Assembly (NCBI GenBank): GCA_964519345.1
Contig: CAZFKX010000017.1
Span: forward strand, 9,803-73,802
DNA from: an uncultured Aquificales bacterium
Lineage (GTDB): Bacteria; Aquificota; Aquificia; Aquificales; Hydrogenothermaceae
Direction: 5' to 3'
DNA length: 64,000 nt
Of the stretch, positions 49,650 through 59,559 are shown one piece after another. The position numbers were made by a program, and so were the translations under genes. The first letter of the stretch is position 1. The number at the start of each line of letters is the position of its first letter. The notes under the pieces were generated by a model, which worked only from the letters and a program-made list of their open reading frames with translations, was not told where the DNA came from and did no database searches.

Positions 49650-51077
49650 ATGGCTATGATTCAGTGTCAAACGCCAGATGATGTTTTAAGAGTTATTTCA
49701 GAAAAAGGAATTGTTTTTATTGACCTGAAGTTTTCAGACCCTTTTGGACAGTGGCAACATCTAACAATACCAGCACATGAATTCTCAGCTGAAAGTTTTG
49801 AGAATGGTATTCCTTTTGATGGCTCTTCAATTAGAGGCTGGAAAGGAATACAGGAGTCGGATATGCTTCTTATTCCAGATCCAAAATCCGCATTTATAGA
49901 TCCGTTTATAGAAGAGCCAACCATATCATTAGTGTGTGATGTTGAGGATCCAATAACAAGAGAGGCTTATAACAGAGATCCAAGGCAGATAGCTAAAAAA
50001 GCTATAGAGTTCTTAAGGTCAACAGGTATTGGTGATATAGCATTTTTCGGACCTGAAGCTGAGTTTTTCATATTTGATGATATAAAATTCAGTAATGGTC
50101 CAAATCACTCATATTACGAGATTGACTCTGTTGAAGGTTGGTGGAATACAGGTAGGGAAGAGATGCCTAACTTAGGATATAAAACTCCTTACAAAAGAGG
50201 ATACTTCCCTGTACCGCCCCTTGATAAAATGTCTGCTATAAGAAGAGATATGGTAAAAACACTTGAAGAGGTTGGCATAACCGTTGAAAGAGAACACCAC
50301 GAAGTTGGTACGGCAGGTCAGGGCGAGATCAACTTCAGGTTTGCTGATCTTGTAACAACAGGAGATAATGTTCTTAAGTATAAGTACGTCTTGAGAAATG
50401 TCGGTTTCAAACATGGAAAGTATGTAACATTCCTGCCTAAGCCAATTGCTGGTGATAATGGATCAGGAATGCATATACATTTTTCTATCTGGAAAGGCGA
50501 TCAGAATATGTTTGCAGGAGATCAGTATGCTGGTCTTTCAGAGATTGCACTTTATGCTATAGGGGGAATTATAAAACATGGAAAGGCTATAGCAGCATTT
50601 ACAAACCCAACCACAAACTCATATCACAGACTTGTTCCAGGTTTTGAAGCCCCTGTAAGACTTGCTTACTCTGCAAGAAATAGATCTGCTGCTATAAGAA
50701 TACCTATGGGTTCAGTATCTCCAAAGGCTAAAAGAATCGAAGTAAGATTTCCTGATGCATCTTCCAACCCGTATCTTGCATTTGTTGCTCTATTAATGGC
50801 AGCTATTGATGGTATAGAGAATAAGATCCATCCTGGAGAGCCTTTAGACAAAGATATCTACTCTCTATCTCCTGAGGAACTTGCAAATGTTCCAGAAACT
50901 CCTGGATCTCTTCAGGAAGCTATAGATTCTCTTAAGGAAGATATGGATTTTCTACTTAAAGGTGGTGTCGTAGATGAGGACTTCATACAGATGTGGATAG
51001 AGACAAAGCAGGCAGAGGTTGACGAAATAAGACTTGTTCCTCATCCAAAGGAGTTTGAACTGTATTACGACATATAA
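49650..51077 (+). CDS. glnA: Glutamine synthetase type I
   Basis: 475 aa with GS-I signatures (FDGSSIRG, KPIAGDNGSGMHIH, NPTTNSYHRLVPGFEAP, the adenylylation-loop region NPYL). Confidence 0.95.
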   Translation: MAMIQCQTPDDVLRVISEKGIVFIDLKFSDPFGQWQHLTIPAHEFSAESFENGIPFDGSSIRGWKGIQESDMLLIPDPKSAFIDPFIEEPTISLVCDVEDPITREAYNRDPRQIAKKAIEFLRSTGIGDIAFFGPEAEFFIFDDIKFSNGPNHSYYEIDSVEGWWNTGREEMPNLGYKTPYKRGYFPVPPLDKMSAIRRDMVKTLEEVGITVEREHHEVGTAGQGEINFRFADLVTTGDNVLKYKYVLRNVGFKHGKYVTFLPKPIAGDNGSGMHIHFSIWKGDQNMFAGDQYAGLSEIALYAIGGIIKHGKAIAAFTNPTTNSYHRLVPGFEAPVRLAYSARNRSAAIRIPMGSVSPKAKRIEVRFPDASSNPYLAFVALLMAAIDGIENKIHPGEPLDKDIYSLSPEELANVPETPGSLQEAIDSLKEDMDFLLKGGVVDEDFIQMWIETKQAEVDEIRLVPHPKEFELYYDI

Positions 51078-51083
51078 TATACT

Positions 51084-51105
51084 GCCCCCATTAAGGGGGC
51101 TTTCT
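51084..51105 (+). terminator. Rho-independent terminator after glnA
   Basis: GCCCCC-attaa-GGGGGC followed by TTTCT, 7 nt after the stop. Confidence 0.7.
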
Positions 51106-51166
51106 ATTAGAAATAAATTCATTTATACTATAGTATCTATAAAACCATTATAGTTGTGGTGTCAGA

Positions 51167-52228
51167 TTGGATGAAAGATCTAAAGCTGCCATAGAGTCGT
51201 TCCGTCAGGCGACAGAGCATGATATCACTACTTTTTTGATTTTTGTTTTTATAATCCTTTTACTTCTTTTTCTCATACTTCTTGGTTTTTATTTTAGGAA
51301 AACTATCAAAGATAAACTTATGAAAAGATTATTTCTAAAAAATCTAAAAGAGAAAAATATTCCGGAAAAAGCTGGGGAGATAATATGGAAATACTCTAAA
51401 AAACTCGGAAGAGATCCTTTTCTTGCTCTTGAGTTTAAAGCACCTTTTGAAAAAGTTATATCACTTTATGTTGAGGAGAATCCAAATTATGATGAGGATA
51501 TGCTTAAAGAACTAAGGAAAAAGCTTGGATTTGATATATGTCCTCCTTTCGTTCCTCTGTCATCTACTAAAGACATAGATATATTTCAATCAGGCAGAAT
51601 AAGTACGGAAAATAAAGAGGTTTATAATGCGGCTCTTTATGATAAAGATGAGAAGCATATGTACTGGTACCTTATAGATGCCCATACGGATCTTCCCCAT
51701 TTGAAAGGTAGTATGGTCAAGATAACACTTTTAAGGAGAGGAGACGCGATTTACAAAATAACAGGAGTGGTTGAAGACACATTTTTAGAGCTTGAAAAAA
51801 CGATACTTAAGCTTCCTCATACATTTGATATGGAAAGAATACAGAGGAGAGAACATGCCAGGGTAGATGTTGAGATTCCTGCTGTTGTTGAAAAAATTGA
51901 GATACATCCAAGCGGTGTTGAGAAAGTGAAAAGAATAGAGGGGCTTATAGCGGACATAAGCGTTGGGGGTGCGAGATTCTGTATTTCTGCAGATAGGAGA
52001 ACTGAAGCAAATCTAAATATAAATAATGAAGTGAAGCTTATATTTACTGTGGATGGAAGAAAGTTGGAAATTAATAGTGTTATTGTAAATATATACGAAA
52101 GAAAAACAACAGTCTGTTACGGTATTAAATTTAAAAAGATGGAAAAATATGAAGAGAATGTTCTCTCAGACTTTATAAAGAAAGAGCAGAAAAAACTCAT
52201 GAAGCTTGTCCAGATGCAGAGGGGATAA
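51167..52228 (+). CDS. Membrane-anchored PilZ-domain protein (YcgR-like C-terminal half); predicted c-di-GMP receptor
   Basis: N-terminal TM (ITTFLIFVFIILLLLFLILLGFYF). The PilZ motifs RxxxR (QRREHAR) and D.S.GG (DISVGGARF) have the correct spacing. TTG start as in the track. Confidence 0.7.
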   Translation: MDERSKAAIESFRQATEHDITTFLIFVFIILLLLFLILLGFYFRKTIKDKLMKRLFLKNLKEKNIPEKAGEIIWKYSKKLGRDPFLALEFKAPFEKVISLYVEENPNYDEDMLKELRKKLGFDICPPFVPLSSTKDIDIFQSGRISTENKEVYNAALYDKDEKHMYWYLIDAHTDLPHLKGSMVKITLLRRGDAIYKITGVVEDTFLELEKTILKLPHTFDMERIQRREHARVDVEIPAVVEKIEIHPSGVEKVKRIEGLIADISVGGARFCISADRRTEANLNINNEVKLIFTVDGRKLEINSVIVNIYERKTTVCYGIKFKKMEKYEENVLSDFIKKEQKKLMKLVQMQRG

Positions 52229-52316
52229 TTATATCCAGATTGCCCAAAATTATGCCGGTCATTATATTTAAAAGTTAAGAGAAAGACAGATAAGCTTATT
52301 AGAGGGGTAGGGAAAG

Positions 52317-53279
52317 TTGTTTAAAGTGGTAAAGCTCTTTTTGTTTTTCCTTTATGCTTTTATTCTATCCTGTAGCCTCGACTACTCCTCAATGGATGTT
52401 GAAGAACTTGAAATACTATACAATAAAGAAAACAAAACTGAAGTTTTACCGTATCTATGTAGAAAGTATTATAAAAAATATCAGAAAGAACTTATAAATA
52501 AAGATTACATACTGAACAAAACCAATGAATATATGGATAAAACTATTAAATACTGCAGTTTGTCATTTAAAAAAAATAATGATATTGGATCGGCAAAAAT
52601 TTTAGAGGAGCTATATTTCTCAAGTTATGTAAACACAAAAAAAAATTTCCTTTACTTTTTATACTGGGCGTACAGATCCAATGATAAAGATACCCTTGAA
52701 ACATTTACAAAAAAAGATTCTGTAATATTTGCAGTTCTCTTTCATTCAGATAAACTTATGAAGTATCTTATAAAAGATATAAACTATATATCTGATCAGG
52801 AAGTTATAAACAGATTTAAGACAGCTCACAGACTTCTTGTTGAGTATCAGAAGGATATAAAAAAGGTCGAGAACTCGTGGCTTTTCTATACAGATAAGGA
52901 ATATATAACAAAATCTTTCTCAGAGCTCACATTAGGTTTTGATCAGCTTGTTAAAGATATGAGATCCAATAGATTTCTTGTATCTGAGGTAAGAGAAAAT
53001 CTAACAAGGTATGAAAAAGCCTATTTCACAAGTAGAAAAGCAAAAAAGTATGTTGAGCTGTTTTATACGCTTAAGGCTCTTATGAGAATCAATCTGGATA
53101 ATTTTTATATATTTACTTTAAAGAAAGAGGATATAAATAAAGGTATAGCGGAAGCTATGAATGTGAAAGATGAAGATACACAGATCTTACAGGAAGTTCT
53201 TCCTGTTGTAAAGGAGTTTATTGAGGAAAAGGATAAATATATTAAAAAATATGACGAAATACTTAAAAAGGAAATCTAA
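52317..53279 (+). CDS. Predicted lipoprotein, alpha-helical, function unknown
   Basis: Signal peptide with a lipobox (FLYAFILSC). No recognised domain. Confidence 0.55.
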   Translation: MFKVVKLFLFFLYAFILSCSLDYSSMDVEELEILYNKENKTEVLPYLCRKYYKKYQKELINKDYILNKTNEYMDKTIKYCSLSFKKNNDIGSAKILEELYFSSYVNTKKNFLYFLYWAYRSNDKDTLETFTKKDSVIFAVLFHSDKLMKYLIKDINYISDQEVINRFKTAHRLLVEYQKDIKKVENSWLFYTDKEYITKSFSELTLGFDQLVKDMRSNRFLVSEVRENLTRYEKAYFTSRKAKKYVELFYTLKALMRINLDNFYIFTLKKEDINKGIAEAMNVKDEDTQILQEVLPVVKEFIEEKDKYIKKYDEILKKEI

Positions 53280-53284
53280 AGATT

Positions 53285-55897
53285 ATGGCTAAAAGAAAAC
53301 TTTCAAAAACAAACATATTTATACTAACGTTAGTTCTTATCGTCGTTTTTGGAAACTTTTTAATATTGACCGTTGCAAACGATAAACAACTTTATCAGCT
53401 TTCCAAAGAACTGGAGTCTCAGGCAGATAAATTTTACCAGAAAAAAGAGTTTAAAAAATCACTTGATTTTTACAAAAAATCGCTAAAAAATTACGAAGAT
53501 CTAACAATATATAAATTTTTTGTAAAAGAAGATATAGAAAGGGTAAGGAAAAAAATAGAGACTGATCAGAACTTTAAGAAACTTTCCGAAGGTTATATTT
53601 ACTTTAATGGGAAATGGGTAAGTGAGAAAGAACTGAGGAAGCTTCTAAAGGAAAAATCGGAATTAATTAATGATATTCATATAATACTTAAGACAGCAAA
53701 ATTTTTTGGTGATATATCATCCCTTGAGAATGATATAAAGATATATGAAAGCGGTCTTGAACTTATAGAAAAGAGCAAATTCAAAGAAGATCCTGATGTA
53801 AAAAATCTTAAAAATAAGATAGTTGAGAAACTGTATAAGCTGTATATTAATGCTGGAGAAAGGTATAAGAAGCTTGGAGATCTAAAGAAAACGGCTGATT
53901 ACTATGAAAAAGCACTAAGATTTAAGGAAGATGAGAATATAAAAAGGGAACTTTCACAGATATATATAAACTTAGCAAAAGAATATGTTGATAAGAGAAA
54001 GTTTAATGATGCTTTAAATACTGTTTTAAAGGCAAAAAAATTAGGTTTTGAAACTGATGAACTGGAAAAAAAGATAAAAGAAATAGTTGCCGAGTTGCAT
54101 CCTGAAAATATAAAAGATGTTGATGACCCTTCTGTTTACTTTTTCCTTTCAAAAAAATCGTATGAAAGTGGTAATTACGAAAAAGCAGCAGAGCTTTGTG
54201 AGAAAAGTATAAATCTTGGAAAAAAGGATAAAGAAGCTTTTCTTCTGTGTGGAAAAATATATTACAGCCTTAAAGATCATAATAGATCTCTTGATTATCT
54301 GAACAGAATCTCGCAAATAGACACTGAAGTTGAGATCTTAAAAGGTTTAAACCTTTTCCATTTGAAAAAATATAATGATGCTTTACTTTTGTTAGAAAAA
54401 TACTCGGAAAAAAATGAGATAAAAGATTATATCTTTGAGATTTACAGGGAATTAGGTTACGCTTCCTTAAAGGAATATCCGGATAGGGCTGTAGAATATC
54501 TAAAAAAAGCAGTATTTATCAAAAAAGATCCTGATATCTATATTAAGCTGGCAGATATATATTTTGAAAGTAAAGATTTTTTATCGGCCTATACCTATTA
54601 TAAAAAGGCTGTACAGTTAGATCCGAAACGAAAGAAAGAGATTATTCCTAATTTTATAAAATGTACAAAAATGTTAGCTGACAAAGAATTTCGTAATAAA
54701 AATTATAGAAAGGCCCTCTCTTACTACAATGAATATCTATCTATAAAACCAGACGATATAAAAGTTCTTGAGAAGGTTGGTGATATACATAAAGCTCTTG
54801 GAAATAAAAAAACCGCTATCAGTTATTACGAAAGAATAATGAAAATTAATAGAAAATATTTTGATAAGAATGTGTCTAAGAAACTTCTTGATCTTAGACT
54901 TGAGGTGGGAGACATATATTTTGCGGATGGTGATTATGAAAAGGCTATCTATCATTATAAAAAGGCTCTTGTTTTCTCAGACAGCGAGAGGCTCGCTGAA
55001 AAGCTTGCAAAAGCTTACATAAAAATGGGTGATAGATATTTAAATATGAGGAAGTATGAAAGGGCACTTGACTACTATATTAAGGGGATATCTCTCAAGC
55101 CGTCCTTAGGCGTAAATATAGAGAAAAATCTTGGAGAAGCTTACGTAGGTGTTGGCGAGATACTTTTTAAAAAGGGAAATTTCAATAAGGCTGTCAAATA
55201 CTTTAATAAGGCGGAGAAATTTTTAAAAGATGATTTTAGAATTTATTACTATAGAGGTCTTTCTTATCTTAAATTAGGGAAAAGAGAAAAGGCTGTAAAA
55301 GATCTTGAGAAAGCTGTAGTTAAAAAGAAGGATCTTTATGATATCAAACTGAAGCTTGCAGATCTTTATATCCAGAAAGGTGATATAAAGAATGGAGAAA
55401 GTTATGTTGATCGGCTTATATCTGAGAAAAAATTTTTAGACAAAGTTTATATGATGAAAGGGGATATATACTTTTCAAAAGGGGATATAGAAAATGCATT
55501 TAAGTACTATATAAAAGCAGAAGAGAGTGGAAATAGATCTGGAGAACTGTACTTCAAGATTTCAAAGATATATTTTGAGAAAGGAAATAATCTTAAAACT
55601 GTGTCTTATGCAACAAGGGCTATAAAAAAGGGGTTTAAAGATAAACAGGTTTATTATATAAGGGGTATGAGCTATTATAGACTGAAAGATTACAAAAATG
55701 CTATTAAAGATTTCAGTTCATACATTAAAATAGATCCAGAAAATCCTGATGTTTATTTTCTCAGAGGAAAACTTTATTATGAACATGGAGATTTTTCAAA
55801 AGGGGATTACGGTAGAGCAATTTCAGATATTAAGAAAGCTGTAGTACTTGGTCATAAGGAAGCTGAAGAATATCTTAAGAAAATTGAAAATAAGTAG
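53285..55897 (+). CDS. Large membrane-anchored TPR-repeat protein (870 aa)
   Basis: N-terminal TM (IFILTLVLIVVFGNFLILTVA), followed by many TPR units (Y..A...Y.KAl.l.P). It starts 5 nt after the lipoprotein gene. Confidence 0.8.
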   Translation: MAKRKLSKTNIFILTLVLIVVFGNFLILTVANDKQLYQLSKELESQADKFYQKKEFKKSLDFYKKSLKNYEDLTIYKFFVKEDIERVRKKIETDQNFKKLSEGYIYFNGKWVSEKELRKLLKEKSELINDIHIILKTAKFFGDISSLENDIKIYESGLELIEKSKFKEDPDVKNLKNKIVEKLYKLYINAGERYKKLGDLKKTADYYEKALRFKEDENIKRELSQIYINLAKEYVDKRKFNDALNTVLKAKKLGFETDELEKKIKEIVAELHPENIKDVDDPSVYFFLSKKSYESGNYEKAAELCEKSINLGKKDKEAFLLCGKIYYSLKDHNRSLDYLNRISQIDTEVEILKGLNLFHLKKYNDALLLLEKYSEKNEIKDYIFEIYRELGYASLKEYPDRAVEYLKKAVFIKKDPDIYIKLADIYFESKDFLSAYTYYKKAVQLDPKRKKEIIPNFIKCTKMLADKEFRNKNYRKALSYYNEYLSIKPDDIKVLEKVGDIHKALGNKKTAISYYERIMKINRKYFDKNVSKKLLDLRLEVGDIYFADGDYEKAIYHYKKALVFSDSERLAEKLAKAYIKMGDRYLNMRKYERALDYYIKGISLKPSLGVNIEKNLGEAYVGVGEILFKKGNFNKAVKYFNKAEKFLKDDFRIYYYRGLSYLKLGKREKAVKDLEKAVVKKKDLYDIKLKLADLYIQKGDIKNGESYVDRLISEKKFLDKVYMMKGDIYFSKGDIENAFKYYIKAEESGNRSGELYFKISKIYFEKGNNLKTVSYATRAIKKGFKDKQVYYIRGMSYYRLKDYKNAIKDFSSYIKIDPENPDVYFLRGKLYYEHGDFSKGDYGRAISDIKKAVVLGHKEAEEYLKKIENK

Positions 55898-55936
55898 ATA
55901 TCGTTTTATCCTATTTCTCAAAAGCAGGAGAGAGTA

Positions 55937-56602
55937 ATGGAAAAGTATCTGATTAACGAACTGAAAAAAGAGGAAGCATGGAGACTTTTTAAAATAATAG
56001 GTGATTTTGTAGATGGATTTGAGGTTATGCCCCAGTTTATTCCCGCCGTTACATTTTACGGTTCGGCAAGGGTTGAGGAGGGAAACGAGTACTACGAGGC
56101 AGCGAGAGAATTGGCAAAAAAACTTGTAAGTAAAGGTTTTTCAATAATAACAGGCGGCGGTCCTGGAATTATGGAAGCTGGAAATAGAGGAGCTAAGGAG
56201 GGAGGTGGAAAGTCTGTAGGCCTGAACATAAATCTTCCTCTTGAACAGGAACCTAACCCTTATGCGACTGTGACGATAAATTTCAGGTATTTCTTTGCAA
56301 GGAAGGTTATGTTCAACAAGTATGCGACAGCTTATGTTCTCTTTCCCGGCGGTTATGGAACGCTTGATGAACTTACGGAAACACTTGTTTTAATTCAGAC
56401 TAAAAAGGTAAAACCGTTTCCTGTAATACTATATGGCTCTGAATACTGGAACGGACTTGTTGACTGGATAAAAAATGTTGTTCTTGAAAAAGGTTTTATA
56501 GATTTTGAAGATTTCAACCTTATCCAGATATCTGATGATCTGGATCATATTGTAGATATGATAGTAAGTTTTTATGCTCAACATTATGAATATGAAATTT
56601 GA
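55937..56602 (+). CDS. LOG-family (TIGR00730) nucleotide phosphoribohydrolase
   Basis: GGGPGIMEA and PGGYGTLDEL, the two LOG signature motifs. Confidence 0.85.
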   Translation: MEKYLINELKKEEAWRLFKIIGDFVDGFEVMPQFIPAVTFYGSARVEEGNEYYEAARELAKKLVSKGFSIITGGGPGIMEAGNRGAKEGGGKSVGLNINLPLEQEPNPYATVTINFRYFFARKVMFNKYATAYVLFPGGYGTLDELTETLVLIQTKKVKPFPVILYGSEYWNGLVDWIKNVVLEKGFIDFEDFNLIQISDDLDHIVDMIVSFYAQHYEYEI

Positions 56603-57188
56603 GGACTTTAAAAAAGAGCTAAAAGATCTTGAAAAGATAGGTGAAGGCTGGAGAGGTGTAGTTTACAGAGGAAGATTGAATGATAAGGTCATAGCTATTA
56701 AAGTTCCTAAGGAACCTTTACATAAAAACGCTGTAAAAAAGGAAGGCAGCATTTTAAAGATTGTGAACAGAGAAGGAATAGGTGGAAAACTTATAATAGA
56801 TGGAGATGATTTTATAGCTTATGAGTATATAGAGGGCAAGCCTTTAAAAAAGGTTTTGAATCGTAATAACGCAAAAGTTATATTCAGCCAGTTATTAGAA
56901 CAGGCAAGAAAGCTTGATCTTCTCGGTATAAGTAAGGATGAGATGCACAGACCCCACACTAATGTTATAGTTGATAAAAATCTCAATGTTTACCTGATAG
57001 ATTTTGAAAGGGCTAAAAAGACTGAAAATATACAGAATGTTACACAGCTTGTTCATTATTTTTTATCAGAAGGGAGTAGGTATCTTCCGCCATTTGATAA
57101 AGATAAGCTTATAGAAGCTGCAAGAGAGTATAAGAAGAATAGATCCGATAGAAATTTTGAGAGAATCAGAAAGATACTGGGGCTTTAG
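56574..57188 (+). CDS. Small atypical protein-kinase-fold protein (Bud32/RIO-like, archaeal type)
   Basis: Gly-rich loop IGEGWRGVVYRG, VAIK-like lysine (VIAIKV), hinge AYEYIEG and the DFG-equivalent LIDFERA. The catalytic loop reads HRPHTNVIV rather than HxDLxxxN. It overlaps the LOG gene by 11-29 nt, depending on the start. Confidence 0.55.
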   Translation: MLNIMNMKFEDFKKELKDLEKIGEGWRGVVYRGRLNDKVIAIKVPKEPLHKNAVKKEGSILKIVNREGIGGKLIIDGDDFIAYEYIEGKPLKKVLNRNNAKVIFSQLLEQARKLDLLGISKDEMHRPHTNVIVDKNLNVYLIDFERAKKTENIQNVTQLVHYFLSEGSRYLPPFDKDKLIEAAREYKKNRSDRNFERIRKILGL

Positions 57189-57191
57189 TAT

Positions 57192-57791
57192 ATGCTTAAG
57201 ATAGGTCTGACAGGATCAATAGGTACAGGTAAATCAACTGTAGGAAAGATATTTTCTGAACTTGGAGCTTACGTAATAGATGCTGATAAAATAGTCCATA
57301 CATTGCTTAGAAGAAAGGATATAAAGGAGAAAATAAGAGAAGAGTTCGGTGATGTATTTGATCTAAAGGGAGAGGTGGACAGAAAGAAACTTGGGAAAAT
57401 AGTTTTTAAGAATCATAAAAAGAAGAGAATACTTGAGAAAATTATTCATCCTGAGGTAAGGAAGGAGATAGAAAAAAAGATAAAAGATATAAAAGACAAA
57501 GATCCAAACAGTGTTGTTATTGTTGAAGTTCCCCTTCTAATAGAAACAGGTTCATACAAAGATTATGATATTGTTATTCTCGTTTATGCACCAGAAGAGT
57601 TACAGATAGATAGGCTTGTTAAAAAAGGTTATTCTAAGGATGAAGCCGTAAGAAGAATAAGATCACAACTTCCTATTGAACAAAAAATAAAGTATGCAGA
57701 TATTGTTATACACAACACAGGAGATTTAGATAAATTAAAAAAAGAGGTTGTGGAAGTTTATAAGAAACTTAAGGAGAAAGTAAAGGAATGA
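57192..57791 (+). CDS. coaE: Dephospho-CoA kinase
   Basis: IGLTGSIGTGKST P-loop, 199 aa, typical CoaE layout (VPLLIE). Confidence 0.9.
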   Translation: MLKIGLTGSIGTGKSTVGKIFSELGAYVIDADKIVHTLLRRKDIKEKIREEFGDVFDLKGEVDRKKLGKIVFKNHKKKRILEKIIHPEVRKEIEKKIKDIKDKDPNSVVIVEVPLLIETGSYKDYDIVILVYAPEELQIDRLVKKGYSKDEAVRRIRSQLPIEQKIKYADIVIHNTGDLDKLKKEVVEVYKKLKEKVKE

Positions 57792-58054
57792 TGAAAAATT
57801 TAATATCTTTTATTATCTTTTTGTTTTTTTCAGTCTCTTACGGTCTTGAGATAAGATCAGATATAAGAATTGAGATAATTTCCCAGATAAAAGTGCTTAA
57901 GGAAGAAAAAGAAAGTCTGAAAAAAGAGAGTACTAATGCTGATTATGATAAAAAAGCTTATATTGAAAAAAGAATTGATGAGATAGAGAAAAAAATAAAT
58001 AAACTTATAGAGATTCTGGAAAATTATGAAAAATCTGTTTCAAATACTGGTTAG
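57788..58054 (+). CDS. Small secreted coiled-coil protein (88 aa)
   Basis: Signal peptide (LISFIIFLFFSVSYG) and a heptad-rich K/E body. ATGA overlap with coaE. Confidence 0.5.
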   Translation: MMKNLISFIIFLFFSVSYGLEIRSDIRIEIISQIKVLKEEKESLKKESTNADYDKKAYIEKRIDEIEKKINKLIEILENYEKSVSNTG

Positions 58055-58412
58055 TATTTTAATTATAAGTCTGACATCAGGTTGCTCAAAAACTGAAGAA
58101 AAGCCTGATGTTATTGTGGATATAAAGGTATCAAAAGATGGATATAAACCTGATGAGATCTACATTAAGAGAGGTGATGTTGTTCTTTTTAGGGTTGAGG
58201 CTATAGACGAAGGAATAGGTGATGACTATACAAAGGAGTATTACGGACACTGTTTTTATATACTTCCTCCCTACGACATAATGCTGAAAAATATTAAAAA
58301 AGGTGAGATAAAACAGATAAAAATAAAGATGGTATATCCGGGAGAGTTTATATTTACCTGTCCTTACTGTTCAGGAGTATTTCCAACAAAAGGTGTAATA
58401 TTTGTCAAGTAG
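58026..58412 (+). CDS. Lipoprotein with a cupredoxin-like fold signature (128 aa)
   Basis: Lipobox LTSGC. The beta-sandwich-like EIYIKRGDVVLFRVEA and the C-terminal PGEFIFTCPYCSG...KGVIFV resemble cupredoxin_1-type domains. This is a tentative assignment. Confidence 0.45.
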   Translation: MKNLFQILVSILIISLTSGCSKTEEKPDVIVDIKVSKDGYKPDEIYIKRGDVVLFRVEAIDEGIGDDYTKEYYGHCFYILPPYDIMLKNIKKGEIKQIKIKMVYPGEFIFTCPYCSGVFPTKGVIFVK

Positions 58413-59559
58413 ATCTTAGAAATATCCTGTAAACTGTAAAACCTAATAATGGGAACAGGCTTAATATAAATGTTGCGATCTTATAAGAAAATGCCTTTTC
58501 CCCAAGTATGAAAACAACGCCACCCCATATAAGGGGAGACAGTATGCTTGCCATCCTCTCAGAAAGAGCCATAAAAGCAAACCTTGTTGTTAGTTGATCT
58601 TCTGGAGATATAGATATTAAAACAACCCTCATTGTAGTCCATAAAGACGCTAAAAGTATTCCAAAGGCGACAGCAACTAAATAAATTGTAAATCTGTCTG
58701 ATACCAGTAATGCTAAGAAAGCCAGAAACCATCCAATAAATATAAACTGAAAAAATTTTACAGGAGAAATTTTATGTAGAAGAAAACCCACTGCAGGTGC
58801 ACTTACAATAGCAAATAAACCGGCCATGGCTATTATATTTACGATCTGATCCTGTGAGAAAAGCATTACTTTATTAAGATATATTGACATAAATATTATA
58901 AGTCCGTGAGCTGCATCTGTAAGCAGTAAAACGGCAAGTATAAAAAGGAAAAACGGTTTATCCCTGAATATATCTTTTATCTTTATCTTGAAAAATTTTT
59001 CTTTTCTTTTTTTTGACCTTACAAAAATTACTGATGGAACTGCGAAAAAAGCGAATATAAATGCTGTAATAAGGAATGTTTGCGAAGGACTTTCAGAAAG
59101 GTAATTAGATATAAGAAGACTTACAACACCTCCAATATAACCTATTCCAACACCAACACCTGAGATAAAACCTCTTTCTTTTTCTGTGGATACGTCGTAA
59201 AGTAAGGAATTGTAAAATATAAGACTCTGCTGGTAAAAAAGATTCATAACAAAAAATACGGATAAAGCAGCAAAAAGTGATTCGATGAAGTAGAGTGTAA
59301 AAAGAAAAAATATTACAGAAAGAACAGCAAACTTAAAGAATATGTCTTTATATCCCCTCTCATCAGCAAACTTTCCTGTTAGTATTCCGAGAAATATGGA
59401 GATAAATACTGACAACGAATATACAAGGGAGTAATGATAAGAACTTCCTCCAAGTGTATTTATTATCCACAATGGGAAAAATACAGATATTATATTTGCT
59501 GAAAATACAGTTTCTGCAAAATCAAAGAGAGCCCATGACAGGAAAGATATCTTTTTCAT
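58405..59559 (-). CDS. MFS transporter (UMF1/Atg22-like)
   Basis: 384 aa with about 11-12 TM helices. The N-terminus SWALFDFAETVFSANI is typical of the UMF1 family. Confidence 0.75.
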   Translation of the reverse strand: MKKISFLSWALFDFAETVFSANIISVFFPLWIINTLGGSSYHYSLVYSLSVFISIFLGILTGKFADERGYKDIFFKFAVLSVIFFLFTLYFIESLFAALSVFFVMNLFYQQSLIFYNSLLYDVSTEKERGFISGVGVGIGYIGGVVSLLISNYLSESPSQTFLITAFIFAFFAVPSVIFVRSKKRKEKFFKIKIKDIFRDKPFFLFILAVLLLTDAAHGLIIFMSIYLNKVMLFSQDQIVNIIAMAGLFAIVSAPAVGFLLHKISPVKFFQFIFIGWFLAFLALLVSDRFTIYLVAVAFGILLASLWTTMRVVLISISPEDQLTTRFAFMALSERMASILSPLIWGGVVFILGEKAFSYKIATFILSLFPLLGFTVYRIFLRST

